Source of the DNA: Planctomycetota bacterium
Lineage (GTDB): Bacteria; Planctomycetota; JAJSAM01
Assembly (NCBI GenBank): GCA_024274785.1
Contig: JAJSAM010000026.1
Span: forward strand, 47,048 to 111,047
DNA length: 64,000 nucleotides
Reading direction: 5' to 3'
How positions within the stretch are numbered: position 1 is the first letter of the stretch; every line of letters begins with the position of its first letter. The notes under the pieces were generated by a model, which was given only the letters and a program-made list of their open reading frames with translations, was not told where the DNA came from and did not search any database. This document shows, piece after piece, positions 9,833-18,808 of the stretch. A program made the translations under genes and the position numbers.

Positions 9833-10195
9833 GTGCTACCGGAAAATCTGAGTCCGCAGGATGCCGTCGACCTCACCGATGATCTCGAGGGCCTGAAGCT
9901 CCTCGATGTCAGGAACCCGAACGAGTGGGAGGTTGCACGCTTGCCCGGGGCCGTCCTGGCCACGCCCGAGCTCATGCGGGAGATCCGGGACGAGTGGGAT
10001 CCGGACACGCCGATCCTCCTCTACTGCCACCACGGGATTCGCAGCATGATCTTTGGGCTGAGACTGCTCATGGCGGGGTTCACCCGGGTCTACAACCTGA
10101 AGGGCGGCATCGAGAAGTGGTCGCTGCTCGTCGATCCATCCGTGCCCCGATACCGGATGGACTCGGGGCTCGCGGTCCTCGTCCGTAACGACTGA
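9833..10195 (+). CDS. Single-domain rhodanese (sulfurtransferase).
   Basis: The active-site loop LLYCHHGIRS (CxxGxR) is followed by GGIEKW. A GTG start at 9833 has a GGAG motif 9 nt upstream. An alternative in-frame ATG lies at 9743. Confidence 0.7.
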   Translation: MLPENLSPQDAVDLTDDLEGLKLLDVRNPNEWEVARLPGAVLATPELMREIRDEWDPDTPILLYCHHGIRSMIFGLRLLMAGFTRVYNLKGGIEKWSLLVDPSVPRYRMDSGLAVLVRND

Positions 10196-10348
10196 GACCC
10201 GATCGAACGGGCATCAAAATCCCTCACCTCCGTGGGGGATATCGCCCGATCCGTGCTCTCGAGCCCTGTTTCTCCGCGATCCGGGGAATGGTACAGGAGT
10301 TGCCTTGGGGTTCTCCTTGAACGCCATTTTGCGTGGAGATTCCCTGTC

Positions 10349-11230
10349 ATGACCGACTTCCTTGGCACAAACTTCCCGATCCTCGAGGCGGAGGTCATCG
10401 GGGAGGATCTCACCTCCTACTGGATCGCGGCGCCCGACATCGTCCATGCCTACGGCCCCGGTCAGTTCGTCATCATCCGGCTCGATGAGGAGGGTGAGCG
10501 CATCCCGCTGACCATCGTCGACGTCGACCGGGAGCGTGGCGCCTTGCAGCTGATCGTCCAGGCGGTGGGGCGTACGACCGCCCAGATGGCGTTGCTGAAG
10601 GCCGGGGACACCATCCTCGACGTGGTGGGGCCGCTCGGCGAGGCCATCCCGATCGAGAAGAAGGACGATGCTTTCGTGATCGTGGGCGGCGGCGTCGGGA
10701 TCGCTCCGATCTATCCCAAGGCCAAGGCGTTGAAGGATGCCGGCAATCGCGTGATCACGATCATCGGCGCGCGGACGAAGGATCTCCTGATGCTGGTCGA
10801 TGCGATGGAGGCTGTCTCGGACGAGTTTCACCTCATGACCGACGACGGCAGCGCCGGGCGCAAGGGGCTTGTGACTGAGCCGCTCGACGAGGTGCTGGGG
10901 CGTGAAGGCACGGTGGCCGAGGTCATCGCGGTGGGGCCACCGATCATGATGAAGTTCTGCACGCTCACCGCCCTCGAGCATGATGCGCCGGTCCTCGTCT
11001 CCCTGAACCCGATCATGATCGATGGGACGGGAATGTGCGGAGGCTGCCGGGTCTCCCTCGGGGACGAGGTGAAGTTCGCTTGTGTCGATGGCCCCTGTTT
11101 CGACGGGGCGAAGATCGACTGGGAAGAGATGATGACCCGTCTCGGCGCCTACAAGGCCGAGGAAAAAGAAGCGATGGACCACTGGTGCCGGATCCGCGAC
11201 GGCGCGGCGGCCGAAGGGAAGAAGGCATGA
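10349..11230 (+). CDS. nfnA: NfnA / SudB-like flavoprotein electron-transfer subunit (FAD plus a C-terminal 2Fe-2S cluster).
   Basis: PyrK-like fold with the C-terminal cysteine cluster GMCGGCRVSLGDEVKFACVDGPCF. An ATGA overlap joins it to the next gene. Confidence 0.8.
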   Translation: MTDFLGTNFPILEAEVIGEDLTSYWIAAPDIVHAYGPGQFVIIRLDEEGERIPLTIVDVDRERGALQLIVQAVGRTTAQMALLKAGDTILDVVGPLGEAIPIEKKDDAFVIVGGGVGIAPIYPKAKALKDAGNRVITIIGARTKDLLMLVDAMEAVSDEFHLMTDDGSAGRKGLVTEPLDEVLGREGTVAEVIAVGPPIMMKFCTLTALEHDAPVLVSLNPIMIDGTGMCGGCRVSLGDEVKFACVDGPCFDGAKIDWEEMMTRLGAYKAEEKEAMDHWCRIRDGAAAEGKKA

Positions 11231-12765
11231 ACGACGACAAGTTGCCCGACTGCTGCGAGAACGCCGACTGCTGCGGCAATGGTGAGAAGAAAAGGCAGAA
11301 GAAAGAAGTCGAGCTGACCCCTTACGGCCGCATCCGTCGGAAGGGCAAGCGGGAGCGCGTCTCGGTTCCCATGCCGGAGCAGGAGCCGCTCGTTCGCGCG
11401 AAGAACTTCGACGAGGTGCCCCTCGGCTACATGGCCGAGATGGCGATGCAGGAGGCGCAGCGTTGCTTCCAGTGCAAGGGTGAACGCGCCAGGTGCGTAC
11501 CCAACTGTCCGGTCGGGATCAACATCCCCAAGTTCCTCGACGAGGTGGCGGAGGGCGACTTCCAGGCGGCGATCATGACCGTGATGGAGGACAACCTCCT
11601 TCCGGCCATCTGCGGCCGGGTCTGCCCGCAGGAAGAGCAGTGCCAGATGGAGTGCATCGGCGGCAAGCGGGGCGAGCCGGCGATGATCGGCCGTCTCGAG
11701 CGCTTCGTGGCCGACTGGTACGCGGTGCACGGTGAGAAGCCCGAGCCGATGACGCCGCCCGAAGGCGCGCAGAAGGTCGCCGTCGTCGGTTCCGGCCCGT
11801 CCGGCCTGACCGCCGCCGCGGACCTCGCGAAGAAGGGGTACGACGTCACCATCTTCGAGGCGTTGCACCGTCCGGGCGGCGTGCTGGTCTACGGTATTCC
11901 GGAGTTCCGGCTGCCGAAACGGATCATCGATCGCGAGGTGGAGAACATCAAGCTCCTCGGCGTGAAGATCTACCTGAACGCCATGATCGGGAAGCTGTTC
12001 ACCGTCGACACCCTGATGAACGAGAAGGGGTTCGAGGCGGTCTACCTCGGCGTGGGAGCGGGCCTGCCCTACATGATGAACGTTGCCGGAAAGAACCTGA
12101 AGGGCGTCTACACCGCGAACGAGTTCCTCTCGCGCGTGAATCTGATGAAGTCCTACGAGTTCCCGAAGTCGCCGACCCCGCTCAAGGTCGGTGAGAACGT
12201 TGCGGTGGTCGGTGGCGGAAACGTGGCCATGGACAGCGTCCGCACCGCGCTCCGCATCGGTGCTGAGAACGTGCACCTCGTCTACCGCCGCTCCGAGGCC
12301 GAGATGCCGGCCCGGAACGAGGAGATCCACCACGCGAAGGAGGAGGGCGTGCAGTTCCACCTCCTGACCAATCCGGTGGAATTGATCGGTGATGACGATG
12401 GCCACGTTCGGGCCGTCAAGTGTGTCAAGATGGAACTCGGCGAGCCCGACGACTCCGGCCGCCGCCGCCCGGTGGTGATCGAGGGCAGCGAGCACGAGCT
12501 CCTGGCGGACAACTTCGTCTTCGCCATCGGCCAGGGCCCGAACCCGATCCTCCCGGCCACCACACCGGGCCTGAAGACGGACAAGTGGGGCTGCTTCCTG
12601 GTGGACGACAGTCAGATGACCTCGATCCCCGGCGTCTTCGCCGGCGGGGACATCACCGGCGGCGCGACGGTCATCACCGCGATGGGTGACGGCCGGACCG
12701 CGGCGAACGGCATCGACCGGTATCTCACCGCCCGGCGGGAGGAGGCGGAGGCAGTGAGGCAGTGA
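11227..12765 (+). CDS. nfnB: NfnB / SudA / GltD-family NAD(P)H-dependent iron-sulfur flavoprotein (two 4Fe-4S clusters, FAD, NADPH).
   Basis: Cysteine clusters CFQCKGERARCVPNCP and CGRVCPQEEQCQMEC. Dinucleotide folds VAVVGSGPSGLTAAADLAKKG and VAVVGGGNVAMD. Confidence 0.85.
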   Translation: MNDDKLPDCCENADCCGNGEKKRQKKEVELTPYGRIRRKGKRERVSVPMPEQEPLVRAKNFDEVPLGYMAEMAMQEAQRCFQCKGERARCVPNCPVGINIPKFLDEVAEGDFQAAIMTVMEDNLLPAICGRVCPQEEQCQMECIGGKRGEPAMIGRLERFVADWYAVHGEKPEPMTPPEGAQKVAVVGSGPSGLTAAADLAKKGYDVTIFEALHRPGGVLVYGIPEFRLPKRIIDREVENIKLLGVKIYLNAMIGKLFTVDTLMNEKGFEAVYLGVGAGLPYMMNVAGKNLKGVYTANEFLSRVNLMKSYEFPKSPTPLKVGENVAVVGGGNVAMDSVRTALRIGAENVHLVYRRSEAEMPARNEEIHHAKEEGVQFHLLTNPVELIGDDDGHVRAVKCVKMELGEPDDSGRRRPVVIEGSEHELLADNFVFAIGQGPNPILPATTPGLKTDKWGCFLVDDSQMTSIPGVFAGGDITGGATVITAMGDGRTAANGIDRYLTARREEAEAVRQ

Positions 12766-12903
12766 GGGCTCGTCTGGAAATAAGTGCGACCGTTGCACCG
12801 AGAGCGCCGCTGCGCCCGACCCAGCAAGGCGCGAGGAGGGGGCACCTGACTGGTTTCAGCCGACGAGCAACGCAGCTTTGCGTGATGCAGCTGCCCTTCG
12901 AAC
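12766..12903 (-). repeat. Intergenic repeat family 1, copy A. It lacks the left terminal inverted repeat and starts immediately after the nfnB stop codon.
   Basis: The reverse complement aligns almost base-for-base with 20771..20933. The shared core is TTCGAGGGC.GCTGCATC...GTTGCTCGTCGGYTGAAACCAG..AGGT.C.CCCTCCTCG...GGTGCAACGG.CGCAC..ATTTCCAGACGAGCC. Confidence 0.8.
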
Positions 12904-13111
12904 ACACATCCCGGCAGTTGGCGCAACGCCAGCGGCAAACACTCTCCAACTCTCTCTCACTCCGGGGCGGACCCATCGGGCCGCCCGGATCGCACGTCTT
13001 GCTGCCGGTGCCAGTGTCCCGATGCCACCGGACCTCTGCCGTTCGCCCTGCTCCGAGCTGCGCCGGCCGGCCGCGCCGAACGCGCACCGGCCGCCCGGGA
13101 GCCGGCGTCGA

Positions 13112-13360
13112 TCACGCTTCATCCCCGATTTCGTCCTCGGTATTCAGGTAGGCCAGTCCGACGGAGAGGATCGCCGGCAATCGCGAGATCGTCTTCACGA
13201 TGTCGTCCATCGCCTCGGAGGTCTCCGTGTCCATGACCACGACGATGCTGCCTTTCTCGTCGGTGCCATGCACCTCCACCGCCGGGAACGCCGCGATGCC
13301 CTCGAGCGCCGCGGTGAGGTCTTCCGGTGCGCAGGTGATGATGAAGCCGCCGATCGGCAT
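13112..13360 (-). CDS. napD: NapD-like nitrate reductase maturation chaperone.
   Basis: An 82-aa protein immediately downstream of napA. It follows the E. coli NapD pattern (hydrophobic core, VxVxD, ISxLPxxLSVxLxY). Confidence 0.65.
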   Translation of the reverse strand: MPIGGFIITCAPEDLTAALEGIAAFPAVEVHGTDEKGSIVVVMDTETSEAMDDIVKTISRLPAILSVGLAYLNTEDEIGDEA

Positions 13361-13455
13361 GGAATGGCCTCTCGTGGTAGGGAAGAGGGGAGGCGGGGGC
13401 GGGAGAGATCCGCCCCCGGTGGTTCCTGGTCCGCATTTCTCATGAGAAAAGCGGG

Positions 13456-15858
13456 CTAGAGCTGGACGATGACGGGCGAAAGGCGCTTCGGCCCGGAGAC
13501 CCGCCTGATCCGGCAGGCGCAGATCTTGAACTCCGGCTGCTTGGAACCGGGGTCGAACGCATCCACGCAGACCTTGTTCACCATCCGGTCCTCGGCCATG
13601 TCATGCATGTAGGCGAAGATCATGCCCTCCATCGGACCCGACCGGATCCGCGCCGGCATGACGATCTTCCCGCGCCGGGATTCGATCTCCACCATGTCGC
13701 GGTTCCTGATGCCGTAGGCCTTGGCGTCCTTCGGGTTGATCTCGACGAACGAGTAGGGGTTCCCACGGATCAGTTCCGGGATGCGGCCGGTCATCGTGCC
13801 GGTGTGCCAGTGGTCGATGATGCGGCCGGTGGAGAAGTAGATCGGGTAATCGGCGTCCGGCTCCTCCGCCGCACCCTGGAATGGCCGGAGCCACACCCAG
13901 AGTTTCTTGTCCGGGTGAGCCGGTCCGTAGAACTGGTAGGGGAGATCGTTTTCGGAGTGCTCGTCGGCCAGGGGGTCGAAGCCCTTCACGAACTTCATCA
14001 CCGTTCCACCGGTCGCGGCGTGCTCCTTCGTGGGCGCCGGCCACTGCACGCCGTCGTGCATGGTCTTCAGAAGTTCGTAGGTCGCGCCGCGCAGATCGTT
14101 GTCCTGCCCCCTGGTCGCCTTCTGCGAGTACTCGTCCCAGATGGCCTTCGGCAGCGCGTAGTCCGGTTCCTTGCCCTCGAAATCGGCCACGCATTGACGG
14201 ATCATCGGGTCGTTCAGCAGCTTGGCGAGCCGAAGCGCCCACTCCCTGGCGATCCAAACTTCGGGCATCGCTTCACCCGGCGCGTCGATTGCCTTCGGGG
14301 TGAGTTGCGAACGGCGCTCGGTGCAGCCGTAGACCCCCGTCTTCTCGAAGTGGAAGGCCCCGGGCAGGATCAGGTTGGCGCACTCCGTGGTGCGCGTCGG
14401 GAAGATATCGGTGACCACCATGAAGAGGTCGTCGCTCCGCATTCCTTCGCGGTACGGCGTGACGTTCGGGAGGGTCTGCGCGGGGTTCGTGCAGTGGACC
14501 CAGATCGCCTTGATCTTCTTTTCGTTGACCGCCTTGAACATGGCCATGGTGTGCAGGCCGGGCTTCGACGGGAGGCGGCCCCGGGGGAAGCCCCAGATGT
14601 CCTCCATCTGGTTTCGGAGCGGCTCCTTCGCCACGAGACGGTGGCCGGGCAGGATGTGACAGAGTCCACCACCCTCGCGCACGCCGCCGCACGCATTCGG
14701 CTGGCCGGTGAGGGAGAGGCTGTCCGCGCCCTCCTTGCAGAGCTGGCCGGTGATCATGTGGAGGTTGTGGATCAGGTTGTTCGCCCACACGCCCCGGCGC
14801 CGCTGGTTGATGCCCATCGTCCAGCAACTGAGCGTGCCGTTCGACTTCGCGAACCAGCGCGCCGCCTGGCGGATGCTTTTCGCGGTGATGTTCCCGCCGC
14901 AGATCGCCGCCGCCTTCTCCGGCGTGTAGGCCTCGAGGAACTTCCGGTACGAAGAGAGATCGACCTGCTTGCTCTCCTTGCCGATCCGGAACGTGCAGTA
15001 ATTGTTGATGAACTCGTCGTCCTGCAGCCCCTCTTCGAGAATCACCTGGGCCATCGCGTTCAGCATGGCGAGGTCCGTGCCGGGACGGAACTGCATGTGT
15101 GAGTCGGCGATCCGGGAGGTGGCGGACACGCGCGGGTCGGCGTTGATGACCTTCACGAAGTCCGGGTTGTCGAGCTTCCGGCGCATCACCCGGCGGAAGA
15201 ACACCGGGTGGCACTCCGACATATTGCTGCCGATGATGAAGAAGCAGGATGCCTTCTCCACGTTGGCGTAACCGCCGATGGGCTCGTCCGCGCCCATGGA
15301 TGTCACGTATCCTCCGACCGCGCTGGCCATGCAAAGCCGCGGGTTTCCCTCGACGTTGTTCGTCTGAAGGCCGCCGCGCATGATCTTCTGGAAGAGATAG
15401 GTCTCCTCCGTCAGGGCCTGGCCGGACCCGTAGTAGGCCACCGCGTCGTTCCCGTTTGCCTTGATCGCGTCGGCGAACTCCTTCGCCGCGATGTCGAGCG
15501 CCCGATCCCAGGATATCTCCTGGAAGGGCTCACTCTTCTTCGCCCGGTAGAGCGGTCTGGTGAGCCTGTCCGGCTGGTTGCCGATCAGCTTGTGGAAGAG
15601 CATCCCCTTCATGCAGAGGTAGCCCATGCTGGTCCTGGATTTCGGGACGCCGCGGAGCGCGACCGCCTTCCCGTTCTTCACGCCGAGTTCCACGCGGCAC
15701 CCGGTGCCGCAGAGGCGGCAGGTGCCCCTGACCCATTTTTGCGCCTGGCCGGCGGCATGGGCCGTACTCGCGGGAGTCGTGGCCAGGCTCATGCCCACGT
15801 AGGATGCCGCGGTGGCCGCCGCGACCTGCTTCAGGAAGTCACGTCTCGAAACGCCCAT
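13456..15858 (-). CDS. napA: Periplasmic nitrate reductase catalytic subunit NapA (molybdopterin, Tat-exported).
   Basis: The start MGVSRRDFLK carries a Tat motif, with a GAGGAGG Shine-Dalgarno 7 nt upstream. The 4Fe-4S motif is CRLCGTGC. Long blocks match E. coli NapA (NNLIHNLHMITGQ, SLTGQPNACGG, STGRIIDHWHTGTMTGRIPEL). The 880-aa track ORF carries an unsupported upstream extension. Confidence 0.9.
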   Translation of the reverse strand: MGVSRRDFLKQVAAATAASYVGMSLATTPASTAHAAGQAQKWVRGTCRLCGTGCRVELGVKNGKAVALRGVPKSRTSMGYLCMKGMLFHKLIGNQPDRLTRPLYRAKKSEPFQEISWDRALDIAAKEFADAIKANGNDAVAYYGSGQALTEETYLFQKIMRGGLQTNNVEGNPRLCMASAVGGYVTSMGADEPIGGYANVEKASCFFIIGSNMSECHPVFFRRVMRRKLDNPDFVKVINADPRVSATSRIADSHMQFRPGTDLAMLNAMAQVILEEGLQDDEFINNYCTFRIGKESKQVDLSSYRKFLEAYTPEKAAAICGGNITAKSIRQAARWFAKSNGTLSCWTMGINQRRRGVWANNLIHNLHMITGQLCKEGADSLSLTGQPNACGGVREGGGLCHILPGHRLVAKEPLRNQMEDIWGFPRGRLPSKPGLHTMAMFKAVNEKKIKAIWVHCTNPAQTLPNVTPYREGMRSDDLFMVVTDIFPTRTTECANLILPGAFHFEKTGVYGCTERRSQLTPKAIDAPGEAMPEVWIAREWALRLAKLLNDPMIRQCVADFEGKEPDYALPKAIWDEYSQKATRGQDNDLRGATYELLKTMHDGVQWPAPTKEHAATGGTVMKFVKGFDPLADEHSENDLPYQFYGPAHPDKKLWVWLRPFQGAAEEPDADYPIYFSTGRIIDHWHTGTMTGRIPELIRGNPYSFVEINPKDAKAYGIRNRDMVEIESRRGKIVMPARIRSGPMEGMIFAYMHDMAEDRMVNKVCVDAFDPGSKQPEFKICACRIRRVSGPKRLSPVIVQL

Positions 15859-16301
15859 CACTTCGCCTCCTCTCGGTGCCCACGGAAAAGGTGGGGCGCG
15901 TGGCACTCCCAGCACTTTTTCCCCTGCTGCACGCGCGACTTCATCTGCCCCTGGTGGCAGATCGCACAGGTCGTCATCTCCGGGACTTTGCGGAAGTTCT
16001 CGTAGGTGCCGTGGCACTGGAAGCATTTCACGTTGTCGAGCCCGTGCGTGGAGTTGTACCAGTCCTCGTAGATCTGCGGAGTGGCCACCTTGTGGCACGC
16101 CGTGCAGGCGCGGTACACCGCCTCCTCCGGGATCTCCGGGTGGGGTAGAGGCTCGCTGGCGGCGGGAAGCGCCTCCTCCGGCGGGGGAGACGCCTCGGGA
16201 GCGACCGGCTCCGACGGAGAGGCGGATGGTTCGGGCATGGTGCAGGCCAGGATGCCCACGAACAGAATTGTGACCAGGGTCAGCAGGGCGGCGAACTTCA
16301 C
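15858..16301 (-). CDS. Tetraheme c-type cytochrome and probable lipoprotein, the likely electron donor to NapA.
   Basis: Four CxxCH motifs (CTACH, CFQCH, CAICH, CWECH). A GTG start is preceded by GGAAGGGAG. The N-terminal hydrophobic segment ends in ILAC, which resembles a lipobox. The stop overlaps the napA start. Confidence 0.7.
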   Translation of the reverse strand: MKFAALLTLVTILFVGILACTMPEPSASPSEPVAPEASPPPEEALPAASEPLPHPEIPEEAVYRACTACHKVATPQIYEDWYNSTHGLDNVKCFQCHGTYENFRKVPEMTTCAICHQGQMKSRVQQGKKCWECHAPHLFRGHREEAK

Positions 16302-17020
16302 GAAAATCTCCCTTCCGCGGCTGATGATGTGCTGATGCTTGGAGTGAATGTGTGCCGCTATTCTCGCCGTTGGAGCGGTGGAATTCAATTCAGGAAGGAG
16401 CCGGGAGAAGGCTGGCTATCTGGCGATGAGCGCGCGGAAAGCTCTTCGTGCCGCAGGGCTGATCCGACTGATCGCGAGGAAGGCCCGGCGACCGTCGGCG
16501 CGTTTCAGTACAGTGCTCAAACTGCCCGCGGCAGGAGGCGAATCCCGACGTTCGATCCGCTCCACGCATTCAGCGTGGAACATGGGCAGGAGGCGGCGGA
16601 TCGACTGGGCATCCACTGATTCTCCGGCGCATCGGCCGAAGGCATGGACGGCGCTCTGGAAGGCCTCGCGTGCAAGGGGGGCGGTCAATCCGTGCCGGAA
16701 TCCGGCGATCGTGACCAGCTTCCGCTGAATCTGCTCGAAGGCGATGGGCTCTGTTGAACCGGAAATGGCGACCGCTCCTTCCCGAGGCTGCGGGGTCCGC
16801 GCAGGAAGCCCGCATGGTATCGGGACTTCACTTGAGCAAGGACCATGCCGGGGAGTGGTTGCGGGGGAGTGGTCTGTCTGAAGTGATTTGTAGGTAAGGG
16901 ATTGTGTCGTCTGTTCGGTTCAGCGGGGCTGCGCACCGGGTGGACGGGCTGCATCGCCGGTTCAGAATTCTGGACGGAGAGGCTACGGGAAGCCCCCATC
17001 CTCACGGGGCACGCGGGCCC

Positions 17021-17614
17021 TCAGATGCAGATGCCCCTGGCCTTCAGGATGCCGCGGAGCTCCAGGCGGGCCGAGCGGATTCGGGAGTCGAGGGTATTCG
17101 CCTTGAGCTTCAGGCGTTTCATCAGACCGTGGCGGCCGACATCTTCCTCGATGAGCAGTTCGAAGAGTTCTCGCGCCTGAGGCTTCAATTCCTGCAGGGC
17201 TTCGACGATCCGGGTTCCGTCCTCGCGGCGGATGACCTGATCGATGACCGGCCGTGCCGTGCCGCCGCGCTCGGGTTTGAATGGCGACTCATCGATCTTT
17301 GTACTCTCTTCTGCGATTCGTTTGAGTCGATGAGTTGTCTTGATGGACTGATCAATGAACTCCAGGCACTTCTTCTTGAAGATCCCGATCAGGATGCCCA
17401 TCTGGTTCGTCTCGTTCCGGTAGCGGTGTCCGTGCTCGCAATACGCCGCAAGTGCTGTTTGGGCAATGTCTTCCGCATCACACTCTCGTATGCGGTACTT
17501 GAAGCCCGCAATGAGAATGAGGCGGCGACGCACCTCTTCGAACTTCGCTGGATTGCCGAGTTCCTCAAGCATGACCTTGTCTTCTAAGCCCTTTCCCGCC
17601 GCTTCAGCGGACAA
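17021..17614 (-). CDS. ECF-type RNA polymerase sigma factor.
   Basis: The layout is that of sigma-70 region 2 and region 4, and the length is 180-197 aa. An alternative start lies at 17572 (MLEELG). Confidence 0.7.
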   Translation of the reverse strand: MSAEAAGKGLEDKVMLEELGNPAKFEEVRRRLILIAGFKYRIRECDAEDIAQTALAAYCEHGHRYRNETNQMGILIGIFKKKCLEFIDQSIKTTHRLKRIAEESTKIDESPFKPERGGTARPVIDQVIRREDGTRIVEALQELKPQARELFELLIEEDVGRHGLMKRLKLKANTLDSRIRSARLELRGILKARGICI

Positions 17615-17741
17615 CTCGCCCCCGTGTCAGGTTGCAGGCTTGTTCCCCCTACAGAACGTTGCCCCTCGTACGTCAGACTCTCCCTTTTAATCCTCGGACC
17701 GCCCGATGTCAATCCTCGTCGTCCAGAGCTTTTTGCATCCC

Positions 17742-18287
17742 TCAGCCGTACGGGTCCGCCGCGGGCAGTTCGCCGCGGGTTCGCGAGGGGTGGTGGTACC
17801 GGCCCCGGAAGAAGAGCAGGGGCCAGAGTTCGCCCTCGAGGTCGTGGAGTTCCGTCACCTCTCCCACCACGATCCAGTGGTCGCCGCCGTCGTGCATCCG
17901 GTGGACTCGGCAAGCCATCGCGCCGATGCAGTCCGCCAGGCGTGGCGCCAGACTTTCGTCTTCCCAACGGGTGAGCGCGTACGGCTCACCCCCATCGCTT
18001 CCGAGCCCGTTGTCGCGGGTTTTCGCGAAGTGGTTGGAGACCGCTTCCTGGTGATCACCGAGGATGCTGATCGTGAATGCAACGCCTTCTTCCATGAGCT
18101 GGGCAAATCGTGACTTCTTGGAAGGACAGACGATGAGCAGGGTCGGGTCGAGCGAAAGGGAGCTGACCGCGTTGGCGGTCATCCCTCGCAACTCCCCGTC
18201 TTTTTCGGCGAGCAACACCGTCACGCCGGTGGCGAACAGGCCGATCGTCTGGCGGTAGCGCGCATGAAGCTCCTGGGAGTCGGTCAT
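17742..18287 (-). CDS. Flavin reductase-like, FMN-binding split-barrel protein.
   Basis: The start MTDSQELHARYRQ has an AAGGAG motif 6 nt upstream. The sequence matches the flavin reductase family (GLFATGVTVLL...MTANAVSSLSLDP...). Confidence 0.7.
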   Translation of the reverse strand: MTDSQELHARYRQTIGLFATGVTVLLAEKDGELRGMTANAVSSLSLDPTLLIVCPSKKSRFAQLMEEGVAFTISILGDHQEAVSNHFAKTRDNGLGSDGGEPYALTRWEDESLAPRLADCIGAMACRVHRMHDGGDHWIVVGEVTELHDLEGELWPLLFFRGRYHHPSRTRGELPAADPYG

Positions 18288-18591
18288 CTCGGTCTCCTTC
18301 CCGCCCATCGTACGGGCTCGCGTGAAAGAGCTCGCGAATCCTTCCATTGTCGATTCCGCCGGGTACATTCGCACCGACTCATCGGAGCGGAGAGTGCATG
18401 CCGAAGATCCGTGAAGACGCTCCCGAGCGTATCGACAAGGTCCGGAAGAACCGCTGAACCGGGGGATGAGAGGTGACCGTCGCGCACGAACACGCCGGGA
18501 AGAATGCGAAGCGATACCTCGAGGATCTATTCGAGTTCCTGCGGTGACCGACCGGGAGCGCCCCGCGACGCGGGCCGGGGTCCGGGCCTAC

Positions 18592-18790
18592 GGGTTTCAC
18601 TGGCCGGACCGGGATGTCCTGCTGCTGTGCGGCGGCGGCAGCATTCCCGTGGTGGCGAACATGAAGGACCTGCCCGGCCTGCCCGTGGTGCTGAATGGCT
18701 TCGGGCTCCCGGGCTGTGGGGCGCACGGTCCCGACGAAAACCTGCCGATTGTGATGTACGAGCGCCCATCGACACGTTCATCCAGTTCAT
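18592..18790 (+). pseudogene. Remnant of the C-terminal roughly 70 aa of an M20-family metallopeptidase (ArgE/DapE-like).
   Basis: The translation ...IPVVANMKDLPGLPVVLNGFGLPGCGAHGPDENLPIVMYE matches the conserved M20 C-terminal block (VxLGPG...AHxPDE). There is no room upstream for the missing roughly 300 aa. Confidence 0.4.
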
Positions 18791-18808
18791 GCGCGAGAGG
18801 GCGGGTCG

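Noticed and set aside
11149-12798. A 549-aa minus-strand ORF opposite nfnB.
   Set aside because: Antisense shadow. The plus strand has unmistakable Fe-S and FAD/NAD motifs.
13603-15102. A 499-aa plus-strand ORF inside napA, plus other internal ORFs.
   Set aside because: Antisense or alternative-frame shadows of napA.
16416-16688. A 90-aa minus-strand ORF upstream of the nap cytochrome.
   Set aside because: GC3 of about 65% is well below the roughly 85-90% of neighbouring genes. There is no Shine-Dalgarno or motif. It is kept only as part of a possible regulatory region.
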